64,000 nucleotides of DNA, from the sequence record MN642089.1; one strand, written 5' to 3'. This DNA is from Klebsiella phage N1M2. Both the position numbers and the translations under genes were made by a program. Under the pieces are notes generated by a model. The model saw only the letters and a list, made by a program, of their open reading frames with translations. It ran no database searches and was not told the DNA's origin. Positions 20,142 to 30,262 of this stretch are shown in pieces; position 1 is the stretch's first letter; the number at the start of each line of letters is the position of its first letter.

Positions 20142-21230
20142 GTGGCTAGAGTTAGTGGTGATAATTGGCATCACGGCTGGGACACTCCATATGTCGAAGG
20201 TATTGAATATTTCAACTATACTGACTTTGATATCACTGTGACTGATAAGTTAGGTGTAGAGTGTGAGATATTGCGATCTGACGAACGCCCTGCAAGGTTA
20301 GAAGACCGAGGTAAGGTGATTGTTAGGATTACTCGCTTAATCGATCCTAGACGTGTTAGAGTCCCAAGTACTGATGCACAACTTGCAGCCGATAGAATGT
20401 ATCTTGAATCTTTCAAGGAAGCTGTCGAGAATGCAAGTAAAAATAGGATAGGGATTTATGAATCTGAACATAATCAGATCAGAGTTACGTGTCAAGCAGA
20501 AATTCGGTTAGACTTCTATCTTCAGAATACCGTTGTTAAATCCAACCTGTTGGGGATTACTGTCCGTGCAACGAATAATGTCGTTGATAAATCGCACGGT
20601 AACACACCAGAAGGATATATCAATGATGTCATTCTGAATGAATTAAAGGATGCCGATGAACAAGCGGATGAAGGGCAGGATAAAGGTATCCGAACTTTAT
20701 TCTCCGCTAGATTAATTGATAACCATAATCGGGTCGGTACTTTATGGACCACAGGGTTCGGTGAAGTGACCAGGATTATCCCAGTAAAAGATGAGGAGCA
20801 AGCAGAAGGGCTATATTTAGCCGGTGGATTAGGATTACAACATAAAGAATTTATTCCAATTGAAGAACTCATTCAACCCAAAAGAATGCTGGGACTGAAT
20901 GTTCATCGTACTGAAATAGATGCCAGGAAATTTGGCTTAGGAGAATATACCATTTCGGTTATGACCGAACGAGATAAAATTAGAAAAGAATGTAAAGATC
21001 TACGTACTGAAAACAAGAAGCTTGCTAGTAAAGTGGATGACTTGGAAAACAAGATCAGTATCGAAAAGATCAATAAGGCCCATGGTGATTTTAAACACAC
21101 AGTCTCTATGGAATATATAAAAGAAAACAACGTTAATAATGCTTTAGGTGGATTTTCGAGGTTAGTTTCTCTCGTCGTGTCCAACATTAAAACATTTATA
21201 AGCCTTGCTTCTATACTAAGAGCGATGTAA
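20142..21230 (+). CDS. hypothetical protein, 362 aa (GTG start; C-terminal coiled coil)
   Basis: RBS AAGAGGA 8 nt before GTG. Clean ORF. Confidence 0.6.
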   Translation: MARVSGDNWHHGWDTPYVEGIEYFNYTDFDITVTDKLGVECEILRSDERPARLEDRGKVIVRITRLIDPRRVRVPSTDAQLAADRMYLESFKEAVENASKNRIGIYESEHNQIRVTCQAEIRLDFYLQNTVVKSNLLGITVRATNNVVDKSHGNTPEGYINDVILNELKDADEQADEGQDKGIRTLFSARLIDNHNRVGTLWTTGFGEVTRIIPVKDEEQAEGLYLAGGLGLQHKEFIPIEELIQPKRMLGLNVHRTEIDARKFGLGEYTISVMTERDKIRKECKDLRTENKKLASKVDDLENKISIEKINKAHGDFKHTVSMEYIKENNVNNALGGFSRLVSLVVSNIKTFISLASILRAM

Positions 21231-21242
21231 CTAGGAGTTAAA

Positions 21243-22937
21243 ATGGATCCACAATTTCTGAAGAAAGTGAGAAAGCAACGCGGAGGCTTTACTCAAGCTT
21301 TAGTTGATGGGTGGCATAAAAAGGACATGGACAGGATTGTTCCACACCTGACCAAGTGCTTTGAAAATATGTTCAGGTCTCTACAGGAAAAGGGCTATTA
21401 TTTCGATGGGATTGAGGAAGTGTGTCCTCTTGAGTTCTATAACTCGATCACTCGTTCTAGTAGTAGTGGGACCAAGGATTTTGAAATCGCCAAGAACAGT
21501 TTCTTTGGAGTTCGTATCAAGAACCATTTCAAAGATCCTGTAACTGGTATTGAATCAGAATTAAAATGCCCTCTGATGTTCTTACCTTATACCAATATCT
21601 ACGGTGACATCTATACACGTAACTCCACATATTCCATGCAATATGTGTTGTCTGAACGTGGTCCTTCTGTTGATGGTGGTCGTGACAAAACCATTTTCAT
21701 CAGGGTGTTGGGTTATAAGTTTAAAGTAACTAAAGAGATCCACACATTTAACCGTGTATTCCGCAGTGGAAACAAAGTTAATACTGGTGCGATCAATATG
21801 ACGCTTCCAGCTAACCGTTTCTATAACTCCAAAAATGATCGCAAGATCACCAGTAAGAAAGTTCCAATTCCATTACTGGCCTGGTACGTGTTTGGTAAAT
21901 ATGGATTCACACACTGCATGAAACAATTTGCAGAATGTGATTACATGATCGACACCTTAGACACTCTGCTCGATATTTGTCCAGAGTCTGATGGTTGGCA
22001 GATCTATTCCAACACAGGTTGCATTCATCCAAAAGCATTCGATCGCCCTAAAGGCGCTCCGCTGTTAGATGAACCAGCAATTGCGATTAAGAGCATTAAC
22101 AAAGGTGGTGAAATCTCCAACCTTGCACTGCAATATACCGCAGGGCTGTTGTTCATGTTTGGTGTCTTCAGTCACGAATTAGATATTCGTCGTCTGGATG
22201 ATATTAACTATTGGCGTCTGATCATTGGCAGGTGTTCTATTCGCCTACCAGCTAAAACTCTACCTGATGTTTATCTGCGTCAGATGAACGAGCACTTCAG
22301 CTCTGTAGAGGAATATGCTGATGACATCACCATCGACAAGTATAATAAGTTTGACATTGAAGTTCGTGACACTTATGAGTTACTGAACTATCTCATGATG
22401 AACTATTCTAACTTGATCAAACTGTATGACCCTGCGAACATGCTTCATAAAGAAGTAGCCTCTATGGAATTCATCGTCGACTTCCTGATTCACCAGGCGA
22501 ACGACTTTAAGTTCATGATTCGTAATAAAAGTAATATCACGCCGAAGATTATCAACCGAGAACTAGACGCTCACTTCCGTCTGTTTAATGCTGATAAATC
22601 CGTACGCGAAAATAACACCATACTCGAACAGACTGGTACCGATAATCCATTCATCGACTATGGACTGGGAATTATCCTTCAAACCAAATCCACCGTTAAC
22701 CGCGGTCCTGGTAAGAAGAAGGAAGAATTTGATCCCAACCATCCCGGTAGTATCATCCACGCATCTCAGCCTTTTGTTGTGTCTTATCAGTTCTCTACTA
22801 AACCTAACCCAGATGCTCGTGGTTTCTTCCAACCGCGTGTTCACTTGGATCAGGATAAGTATACTGGTTTAAGACCTGAAGACAGGGCGTTGTATGAAGC
22901 TACTGAACACAGACTTAAGTTTAGAGAAGGTAAATAA
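21243..22937 (+). CDS. hypothetical protein, 564 aa
   Basis: RBS AGGAG 6 nt upstream. Clean ORF. No polymerase or RNAP motifs found by eye. Confidence 0.7.
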   Translation: MDPQFLKKVRKQRGGFTQALVDGWHKKDMDRIVPHLTKCFENMFRSLQEKGYYFDGIEEVCPLEFYNSITRSSSSGTKDFEIAKNSFFGVRIKNHFKDPVTGIESELKCPLMFLPYTNIYGDIYTRNSTYSMQYVLSERGPSVDGGRDKTIFIRVLGYKFKVTKEIHTFNRVFRSGNKVNTGAINMTLPANRFYNSKNDRKITSKKVPIPLLAWYVFGKYGFTHCMKQFAECDYMIDTLDTLLDICPESDGWQIYSNTGCIHPKAFDRPKGAPLLDEPAIAIKSINKGGEISNLALQYTAGLLFMFGVFSHELDIRRLDDINYWRLIIGRCSIRLPAKTLPDVYLRQMNEHFSSVEEYADDITIDKYNKFDIEVRDTYELLNYLMMNYSNLIKLYDPANMLHKEVASMEFIVDFLIHQANDFKFMIRNKSNITPKIINRELDAHFRLFNADKSVRENNTILEQTGTDNPFIDYGLGIILQTKSTVNRGPGKKKEEFDPNHPGSIIHASQPFVVSYQFSTKPNPDARGFFQPRVHLDQDKYTGLRPEDRALYEATEHRLKFREGK

Positions 22938-22940
22938 GAA

Positions 22941-25352
22941 ATGACTATGAACAATGGCCCACAAGTATTAACTGGTCGTAACCCTCAGACTCAAACCCTG
23001 ATGGGTAATCAACAAAATGGTAACCTGGGTGGGCAGCCCCAGCAACCACAAATACAGCAAAACAATAACCCACTTGCTCAGCTGGCAGGTTTCTCTGCTA
23101 AGATCGCAGGTCAGGTTAATAACCCTAATAGTCAGACAAGTTTGTATTCCACTGTAACTTCCCGTAACAACTATGCACATCTGTTGTGTCTGGAAGATAA
23201 CGCAGCCGAAGAACAAATGAAAGCGCAAGCATTGGCAGATGCTGGCAACCTGGCTACTAACATCTTTAATATCTGTGCACGTCGTATTGTTCAGAACCCG
23301 TTCTATCGTGTTCACTGTGCGGCTAAGGAACGTTTCAAGTCCCCACGTAAAAATCTTCCACCTGATCAAACTCTGAGTGCGTTTATCGACGAGATCGATA
23401 GTAACCAGATTCTGTATCAATTCATCCTGGCAAACGTCTCCATTATGTTCACCGCAGAATTTGCAAACGCAATCATGCGTGGTGATGAGCGTGTGCGTAC
23501 CGATCGTGCTGTTGTAGATGATATGTATTATCGTTGTACTATCGATGCAATCTACATGCAGTATTTCGATTTCCTGGCGCAGCATCCAGATGGTTCCCAG
23601 ATTTATTATAACGCAGCTCCAGTTGTTAAGGAAGTGTTGAATGATCTTGAACCAAAACTGTATGACATGGTCCTGAGCAAGTTTACTTTTGTAAACGTTC
23701 AATGTCCATGGCGTAAAGGTCGTCTGGGTGAATTGCAACAGCGCTCTACTCAGTCTAATCCATTGTTGGATAATTCCAATATCATGGATATGGGTTTTGC
23801 TGGGACTTATTATGATCCTAACTATAATCCAAACATGGCTGGACTGGCAGGTCAGACTAATGATGCTGGTCTGCGGGAGCTTCAGGAATATGTCCGTCAG
23901 AAAGCTGCAGGTTATACTCCTAAGCCACAACAGCCGACAGAGGAAAACCGTATCCTGCAAACTACTTATGGCGGGTATGATCAGCCAGAACTGAAACTGG
24001 AAGATATGACTCGTGAGAACCGCCTGCGTTATTCGCTGGATAAATGGGGTTCTCAGATTCCTGGTACTGAGTGGTGGGTGATGCGTGAGAAGGACGTGGT
24101 TCACTTTGCTCGTGTTATGGATATGGATGATGGCATTCCATTCCGTGTTCGTGATACACGTTGTGTAGGAACTGTTCCTGTATATCGTTTCAACTGGCAG
24201 AACGGTACATTTAACTTCCGTCTTGTTAAACATAAACTACAGGCATTTGATATCATGGGAACTTTGATCAGTAATCCTGATAAACTGTTACCGTACATGT
24301 ATGAAGAAGATGGTGTTCAGAAAACTACTTTCGATCCAACCATTCTGGAAACTAGCAAGTTCGTAAATGAAGGACATGTTATCCCAGTTGGTGAAATGAA
24401 AGAGCTGGAGAAAGAACCTGATATTCTGATCGGCAACAAACCGATGAAAGCTAATCAGGGAAATGAACACATCCTGAATCGCATGGACGTTATTACTCAA
24501 ACTTATGATCCAAAGAACAAACTGGACGCATTTGTAATGCCGATGGTTATTACTCGTGAATGGCAGATGGATTCCCATGTTAATATGGATCGTTTCTATT
24601 CCCAGTTCCGTGTAATGGTTCAAGGTAATACTGCTGGTATGGATGATACCATCCAGGTACTGCGCAGCATTCGTGCAGCATATAACGAATGTGAAGACCA
24701 AGAATTTAAAGATTTCATTAAACCATATATCACCAACCTGGTTAACCGTTATCTGATCGAAGTTCGTGGTTATGCAGAAACCAAACAAGAATCTATCGAT
24801 TCTGGTGTGATCTGTTATCTGAAGTCTTCCGACATCTTTGAAGATCTGGAAGATTGGATTGAATGTCTGAAAAACGACGACCTTCCTACTCTGCGTGCTT
24901 TTGCTGACTATCGTTTCAATACTTTCATGCGCATGGGTATTGAAGTTCTGTGTGGACCAGAACAAGTAAAAGAAGAGTATCAAGAAAAATATGGTAAAGA
25001 CGATGATGAGATCTTTGTGGCTGCAATGCTGAAGTCTGCAGAGAAAGCAGTAATCATCAAACGTAACACCGTGTTCTTCAATCTCCGTAAACAACCAGCC
25101 CCACATACCGTAGAAGCAATTACCATTAAAGAGTCAGTAAACCCAGAACTGTTTGCAATTATCCGTGAAGCTACTCGTATCACAGCGAAACACTTCAAAG
25201 ATACTCCGCAAATCCTGGTACGCTTTGAAACCGATTCCGGTAACAAAGTCTTTACTGTAACTCCAAGTGGTTTCGATCCAGAATCCGTAGTGACCTTACG
25301 CCCTGTTGATGCAGGACAAACGTATTGCCACCCATATCCGATTGTGGACTAA
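22941..25352 (+). CDS. hypothetical protein, 803 aa, with Q/N-rich low-complexity N-terminus
   Basis: Starts 3 nt after the upstream stop. The first ~70 aa are Q/N/P-rich (QQNGNLGGQPQQPQIQQNNNP). No NADFDGD or other RNAP motifs. Confidence 0.7.
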   Translation: MTMNNGPQVLTGRNPQTQTLMGNQQNGNLGGQPQQPQIQQNNNPLAQLAGFSAKIAGQVNNPNSQTSLYSTVTSRNNYAHLLCLEDNAAEEQMKAQALADAGNLATNIFNICARRIVQNPFYRVHCAAKERFKSPRKNLPPDQTLSAFIDEIDSNQILYQFILANVSIMFTAEFANAIMRGDERVRTDRAVVDDMYYRCTIDAIYMQYFDFLAQHPDGSQIYYNAAPVVKEVLNDLEPKLYDMVLSKFTFVNVQCPWRKGRLGELQQRSTQSNPLLDNSNIMDMGFAGTYYDPNYNPNMAGLAGQTNDAGLRELQEYVRQKAAGYTPKPQQPTEENRILQTTYGGYDQPELKLEDMTRENRLRYSLDKWGSQIPGTEWWVMREKDVVHFARVMDMDDGIPFRVRDTRCVGTVPVYRFNWQNGTFNFRLVKHKLQAFDIMGTLISNPDKLLPYMYEEDGVQKTTFDPTILETSKFVNEGHVIPVGEMKELEKEPDILIGNKPMKANQGNEHILNRMDVITQTYDPKNKLDAFVMPMVITREWQMDSHVNMDRFYSQFRVMVQGNTAGMDDTIQVLRSIRAAYNECEDQEFKDFIKPYITNLVNRYLIEVRGYAETKQESIDSGVICYLKSSDIFEDLEDWIECLKNDDLPTLRAFADYRFNTFMRMGIEVLCGPEQVKEEYQEKYGKDDDEIFVAAMLKSAEKAVIIKRNTVFFNLRKQPAPHTVEAITIKESVNPELFAIIREATRITAKHFKDTPQILVRFETDSGNKVFTVTPSGFDPESVVTLRPVDAGQTYCHPYPIVD

Positions 25353-25377
25353 TTGATTTAAAGGTGAACTGTAGAAA

Positions 25378-25402
25378 AATTAACTAAGTTAATTCATGAA
25401 TT
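25378..25402. promoter_or_regulatory. two abutting perfect palindromes (AATTAACT-A-AGTTAATT and AATTCATGAATT)
   Basis: Read directly in the 215-bp intergenic region upstream of the gene at 25568. Possible operator sites. Confidence 0.35.
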
Positions 25403-25418
25403 AAAATAGCTATAGATT

Positions 25419-25455
25419 GGAGAACTGGGCGGAGGCTCGGTTCTCCTTTCTGCCT
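25419..25455 (+). terminator. putative terminator hairpin
   Basis: ggagaac-N14-gttctcc followed by tttctgccttctg. Confidence 0.4.
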
Positions 25456-25567
25456 TCTGTATCGTCCTGTAGAGACTTTAGTTATAAAGACCGATAAGTA
25501 TTAGCCTTTATAGATAAAGCTTCTCAGAAGCTCTTACATAACCGTTAAACATATATAGGAAATAGCA

Positions 25568-25996
25568 ATGAAAACCTTTACCACTTCTATCTTCGTTCCT
25601 TCCGTAGCCAAAGAAGAAATGAACTTGATTGATAGACTGGAATTGGCAAGTAACCTGAACAAACCAGTTAACCTACCTGACAACTTAATGCACGGTGGTT
25701 TGGATGATGTTCAGGAAGGTGAAGAATTCATTCTGGTTGTAAATGGACTTCATGAACGTCACGAAATTAAAATGCGTGGTTGTAATAAAGTAGCGGGTAA
25801 AGTACGCTTCATGTTTGTTGAACCTGAGAAGCCTGAAGTATTCCGCTTTGCTCAGTGGCGGTTACGCTCAGCTAACTTAATGAGTATGAAGAATGGCAAA
25901 GAGTTACAACTACGTAATTTCTCTGCTCAAGATCTTCGTCGCTTGATTCGTCACAGTGTCGCCAACCAAGAACGCAAAATGGTAGAATATCGTTAA
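25568..25996 (+). CDS. hypothetical protein, 142 aa
   Basis: RBS AGGAAATAG upstream. Clean ORF. Confidence 0.6.
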   Translation: MKTFTTSIFVPSVAKEEMNLIDRLELASNLNKPVNLPDNLMHGGLDDVQEGEEFILVVNGLHERHEIKMRGCNKVAGKVRFMFVEPEKPEVFRFAQWRLRSANLMSMKNGKELQLRNFSAQDLRRLIRHSVANQERKMVEYR

Positions 25997-26007
25997 GGAA
26001 TAGAATT

Positions 26008-26190
26008 ATGTCCGCAGAAGAAAAGTTTGATGATTACCTGAAAGAAAACAGAGATGCCTCTTATGCAGAGATCCAAAGTAAGATGGAAGAGATCTTAGGT
26101 GCTGAAGGGGAATGTAACCGTGAAGAGTTAGAGGAAATGTTGGATGAACATTTTGAAGATTACCAAAGCACTCCCGAAGATTTCGAGTAG
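26008..26190 (+). CDS. hyperacidic 60-aa protein (net charge about -17); DNA-mimic-like
   Basis: RBS AAGGAATAG upstream. 22 of 60 residues are D/E. Confidence 0.5.
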   Translation: MSAEEKFDDYLKENRDASYAEIQSKMEEILGAEGECNREELEEMLDEHFEDYQSTPEDFE

Positions 26191-26191
26191 C

Positions 26192-26533
26192 ATGGTGCTT
26201 TATGATGATGAGTTATCTCTGAGAGAGTTAGCTAGAGATATCGAGTCGATGAACTGTAAGTTAGAAATATTCGAAATAATTAATGAAAGAATAGCTAACT
26301 ATCATCCGGTGATGTCACATGCAATGATCGAGTTGCTCCCAGGTGAAATTGAACATATGTTTGGTCAATACCTTATACAAGTTCTCGAATCGAATAAAAC
26401 ACCTTGGGCAATTGCTTTAGAATTCCAGGATAAATACTGGGATCTTTTAAAGGGTAATGTGATCAATATACTTAGACTTAAACTAGGTATAATTGGATAT
26501 GATCCTAAAGTCTGGTTAGAAGCAGGTAAGTAA
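26192..26533 (+). CDS. hypothetical protein, about 113 aa (alternative start 26144)
   Basis: The first ATG after the upstream stop. The track ORF start at 26144 overlaps the previous gene by 47 nt. Confidence 0.5.
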   Translation: MVLYDDELSLRELARDIESMNCKLEIFEIINERIANYHPVMSHAMIELLPGEIEHMFGQYLIQVLESNKTPWAIALEFQDKYWDLLKGNVINILRLKLGIIGYDPKVWLEAGK

Positions 26534-26622
26534 AATAATGGCCTGAGATTCAGTTGAAAGAAATTTCAGGTCTATATCATCTAAGTGTATAAGACAATAA
26601 ATATTTATACATGGAGATCTAT

Positions 26623-27285
26623 ATGTCTCGTAATATCAAATACTTAGGTTCTAACTGTAAACCGGTAACAACCGAGACTGTAGAATCTAAACAAACAAAT
26701 CAATTAAACTCTAGTAAGGAAATCAAAATGGAAAACGTACAAACTGCAGCTATCGAACTGAACACCACTGTTGAAGCAGTAGAAACCGCTCAACCTGAAA
26801 CCATCGAAGTTACCGCACCTACCAACAACCAACCTGTGGAAGAGAAAGACATGAACATCGAAACTAAAGAAGACAAACTGAAAGAAGCCGCGCAGATCGC
26901 TTCCGAAGTCAGAACCCGTAATGTTAACTGGCACGCTGTATCTGCATCAGCAGTAATTGCCGGCGTGGCTGTGGGCTCTCGCCTGATCGTTGAAAACAAA
27001 ACCACTGAAGAAAATCACAGTGCTCTGGAAATCGTAGGTCGCGTAGCAGCAGTATCAACTGTTGCTGCTGGTATGAGCTTCGTTACTCAGAAGCTCGCTC
27101 CTTCCATTGCAAATAACGACAGCTATAACCTGATGACCACTGCAACAATTGCAAATGGTCTGAGTGTAGCTGACGCATTCTTCGGTGATGACCTGGTTGC
27201 CATGATGAATGGCGCGGGTGCTAAGGTTACTGAAACTGTAACCGAAATGTTCAACAAAGAAGAAGCAGCAGAACTGGAAGCATAA
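26623..27285 (+). CDS. acidic Ala-rich protein, 220 aa, high-expression codons
   Basis: GGAG sits 7 nt before the ATG at 26623. The track start at 26611 lies inside the RBS. Optimal codons through most of the gene. Confidence 0.65.
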   Translation: MSRNIKYLGSNCKPVTTETVESKQTNQLNSSKEIKMENVQTAAIELNTTVEAVETAQPETIEVTAPTNNQPVEEKDMNIETKEDKLKEAAQIASEVRTRNVNWHAVSASAVIAGVAVGSRLIVENKTTEENHSALEIVGRVAAVSTVAAGMSFVTQKLAPSIANNDSYNLMTTATIANGLSVADAFFGDDLVAMMNGAGAKVTETVTEMFNKEEAAELEA

Positions 27286-27292
27286 TAGCTAA

Positions 27293-27347
27293 CCTCCTAC
27301 TCACCGATTGGTGAGTAGGAGGATTAACTTAGTTACTTATTTTTTTT
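27293..27347. terminator. bidirectional terminator between convergent genes
   Basis: cctcctactcacc-gatt-ggtgagtaggagg (13 bp, perfect) followed by T8. Confidence 0.8.
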
Positions 27348-30234
27348 ATGATGACCAGAGATCGTCACCGGTAGCTTTAAGATCACCACCAAGATCCGCA
27401 TCTAAGGTTTCTGTTTCTGCATCTGTCAACTCAGCTTGTCCTTCCTCTTTTTGTTCCTGAGGAGTTTCTAAGCCAGTTTCATTATCAGCGTTAGCTTCCA
27501 GGTCTTCATCCAGACTTACTTGAGCTGGATTTTCATCAAGAATAGGTTCTTCTTCTCCTGGCATTGTTTCATCAACACCGGCATTGAACTTATCTTGTTC
27601 TTCTTTCTCAATCTTATCTTTCAGCTTCTCAACTTTAGTCTCAGTCTTCTTACCAGACTTATGGTAATCAGCCAGGAATTTAACAACGTTAGCATCAAGA
27701 TCAGATGCCTTGTTAATGATGTTGAGAATACCACCTGCTTGACCATTGCTAAGGATATCTTCAAACGGCATTGGAAGATTAAAGCGAGTGAAAGCTTCAT
27801 TAAGCAATACAGCTTTAATGGATTCGATGATAGCTTCACCATCAAGTCCAACTTCTTCAGCACGTTTACGAAGCATCTTAGAACCACCACCCAACTCAAC
27901 CCAAGTAGCAGCCAGTTTTTCAACTGCTTCAATCTTGTCTTCAAGTTTGTTAAGGGAATCGGTGATTGCAGGAGTAGGAAGTACAACATAGAAGGTATTC
28001 ATGAAGTCTTTCAGAACAACACGAATAATATCCATTTCTTCTGGAGAGATATCATCATCCCCATCAGTGTTAACTTTCTCTTTAACTTCGTCAGTAATAT
28101 CCAGAGCGCCTTGGTCTGGTTTCATGTACAGCTGTTTGTTTTCTTTAATGATGTCAACCAACTCACCAATGAATGGTTCATTGACGCGCATATGTTTACG
28201 CATGATGTCAGTAAAGTAACGAGAGAATGTACGAGAATAATCGTTAGTTTGGTTACGGAGTAATTCCTGGTCAGCAAGAGCTTCAATAGCGAAGTCATTA
28301 CCCTCACCAGTATCTTCCAGCCAACTACGTTTCAGACCGAAGTAACCTGCAATGGTATTTAACAAGTTATCACGAGTATCGCGATCGATAGACTTGAGAG
28401 GTTCACGTTGCATTTGACCAGCTTGGAAATCAGGAGCAGCCACATATGGGTTATCACCTGGGTTAACCTTAATGGTCAGTGTCTGTTCTTTAAAACGGTC
28501 GAGAACAGCATCAATGGAAACGTTGTTATAACCAATGATATCATGAAGTGTCGGGTTATTAGCGAACCACTCATCACGAGCCATGGCAATGGTGTTACGA
28601 ACATCAATATCTTCACGTTCAGGAGTAATCTCCAATAACGTATGAGAAATGGAGTTCTCTACCTGAGCCAGAGCATCAGCAGTATCAAGTACAGCCAAAC
28701 GAGTAATGTGAAGTTTAGCTTCATCAACTAATGAACGACCAGTACCCAGACGGTTAAAGTCAATAGCGACATAGGTAACATAGTCAGAAGGAATGAATAC
28801 CGCACGAACACCTTGATCACGCATAGCACGAGACCAGAAGAGTTTCTTGTTTTCCTCAGTCAAGGAAATGGTAACATCCTTATGAAGATCACCGTTGATA
28901 AAACCTTCGATCAGTTCTTTCTCAAGAGTAGCTGATGCGAAGTTAACCATCCACTCCATATCTTCATTACACTCAGAACCCTGAGCGACGTTTCGGATAT
29001 GTTCAACGATATCGTTGATAGATCCCATCTTAGGACCATTGGTATCTTGTTCAGCACCTTTGGTCTTCTGATAGAACTTAACGTCAGAGGTAGATTTAAG
29101 TGGTTCACCAGTTTCTGGATCAAGCAGGAAGATATGACCGAATGGTTTACCAATCTCACCGTTGATGTTTACAGGAATAGCTGCTTCAGAAGGCCAGTGG
29201 TAATCAATACCAATACCACGACCATCACCAGTGTAGTATTTACCTTTACGAACAGATAAGGTTTCATTCTTATCGTAATGACGATCTGGATAAAGTTCAT
29301 CCAGCTCTTGTTCTAAGGTTTTTCTGGAAACGGCATTAACGTGGTTGTTGTTGGTCTTGTGGCGTTTTCCTTTCTCTTTAGTCCAGCGGTTATTGATAGC
29401 GTCATCAATACCTTCCAGACCACTGATCTTCTTAAGACGTTCTTCACGTAACTTAGAAGCCAGTTCACCAACTTTAAGAACAACCGGGTTATCAGTAAAA
29501 GTAAACTTAAGCGATGGATGAACGAGATTATATTCTGGTTCCCTTTCACCAACACCACCGTATAAAGCCTCAAAGCCTACAAAGCTACCAGCAGTGTTTT
29601 TCTTTTCTTTGCGGATATAACCAACGTTCTTAGCCTTGTTCCAATCACCACCAACAAACTGATCATTAAGAATGTTCATGGTGGTGGCTTTGATTGCAGA
29701 TTCTTGACCAGCAACATCTACTTCCATACCGTTAATCAAATGGTCGAGAGCAGCATGAGACAGACTTAAATGGACATAAGAACCAGTGCGGAAAAGAACA
29801 TCTTTAATAATTTGAGGCGCTAACTCTTCAAAAGGGTATTTTGTTGTAAAGTAATTTTCAACTTTAGTCAACAATAACTCATGAAGCTTACTGTTTTTGA
29901 TATCAGAACTTTCTGTATCATAGATGAGAAGGTTTCTCTGATCACCGTTAGGTTTCAGCAGAAGGGTAGTCCAGATCTGTTCAGCGCGTTTGATAAAGTG
30001 AGTAATGGTACGCAGGTCATTATTGGCCTGAATGTTATTACTGATAATATCAGAGAGGTTCTTTACCTTAGCCACAGGAGGCTTGGATTTATTCTCTCTA
30101 TCTTTATCATTACGAATAGTGCTATCTTTTACTAGCAAAGAACGCATACTTTTGTCTAAAGGAGACAGGTTATTTAATCTGCCTCTTACTTTAGCCCTGT
30201 CGATCGGTTTTACCCCTTTGGGTAATCTAGACAT
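27346..30234 (-). CDS. large protein, 962 aa, with highly acidic C-terminal tail; portal or internal head protein candidate
   Basis: Clean 2.9-kb ORF. No Walker A or polymerase motifs. The last ~90 aa are D/E/T-rich. Function is speculative. Confidence 0.75.
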   Translation of the reverse strand: MSRLPKGVKPIDRAKVRGRLNNLSPLDKSMRSLLVKDSTIRNDKDRENKSKPPVAKVKNLSDIISNNIQANNDLRTITHFIKRAEQIWTTLLLKPNGDQRNLLIYDTESSDIKNSKLHELLLTKVENYFTTKYPFEELAPQIIKDVLFRTGSYVHLSLSHAALDHLINGMEVDVAGQESAIKATTMNILNDQFVGGDWNKAKNVGYIRKEKKNTAGSFVGFEALYGGVGEREPEYNLVHPSLKFTFTDNPVVLKVGELASKLREERLKKISGLEGIDDAINNRWTKEKGKRHKTNNNHVNAVSRKTLEQELDELYPDRHYDKNETLSVRKGKYYTGDGRGIGIDYHWPSEAAIPVNINGEIGKPFGHIFLLDPETGEPLKSTSDVKFYQKTKGAEQDTNGPKMGSINDIVEHIRNVAQGSECNEDMEWMVNFASATLEKELIEGFINGDLHKDVTISLTEENKKLFWSRAMRDQGVRAVFIPSDYVTYVAIDFNRLGTGRSLVDEAKLHITRLAVLDTADALAQVENSISHTLLEITPEREDIDVRNTIAMARDEWFANNPTLHDIIGYNNVSIDAVLDRFKEQTLTIKVNPGDNPYVAAPDFQAGQMQREPLKSIDRDTRDNLLNTIAGYFGLKRSWLEDTGEGNDFAIEALADQELLRNQTNDYSRTFSRYFTDIMRKHMRVNEPFIGELVDIIKENKQLYMKPDQGALDITDEVKEKVNTDGDDDISPEEMDIIRVVLKDFMNTFYVVLPTPAITDSLNKLEDKIEAVEKLAATWVELGGGSKMLRKRAEEVGLDGEAIIESIKAVLLNEAFTRFNLPMPFEDILSNGQAGGILNIINKASDLDANVVKFLADYHKSGKKTETKVEKLKDKIEKEEQDKFNAGVDETMPGEEEPILDENPAQVSLDEDLEANADNETGLETPQEQKEEGQAELTDAETETLDADLGGDLKATGDDLWSS

Positions 30235-30262
30235 TGATGGGATTCTCCTTCAAGGGATCTTT

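Noticed and set aside
22968-25106. 421-aa and 272-aa - strand ORFs
   Set aside because: Both lie inside the 803-aa + gene. No start context. Shadow ORFs.
21243-25352. Split multisubunit RNA polymerase (phiKZ-like) in the 564- and 803-aa proteins
   Set aside because: No beta or beta-prime signature motifs (NADFDGD, GDK..RHGQKG-like) seen by eye.
27520-28263. 247-aa + ORF and other 60-120-aa ORFs inside 27346-30234
   Set aside because: Inside the 962-aa - strand gene. F/L/N-rich translations. No RBS.
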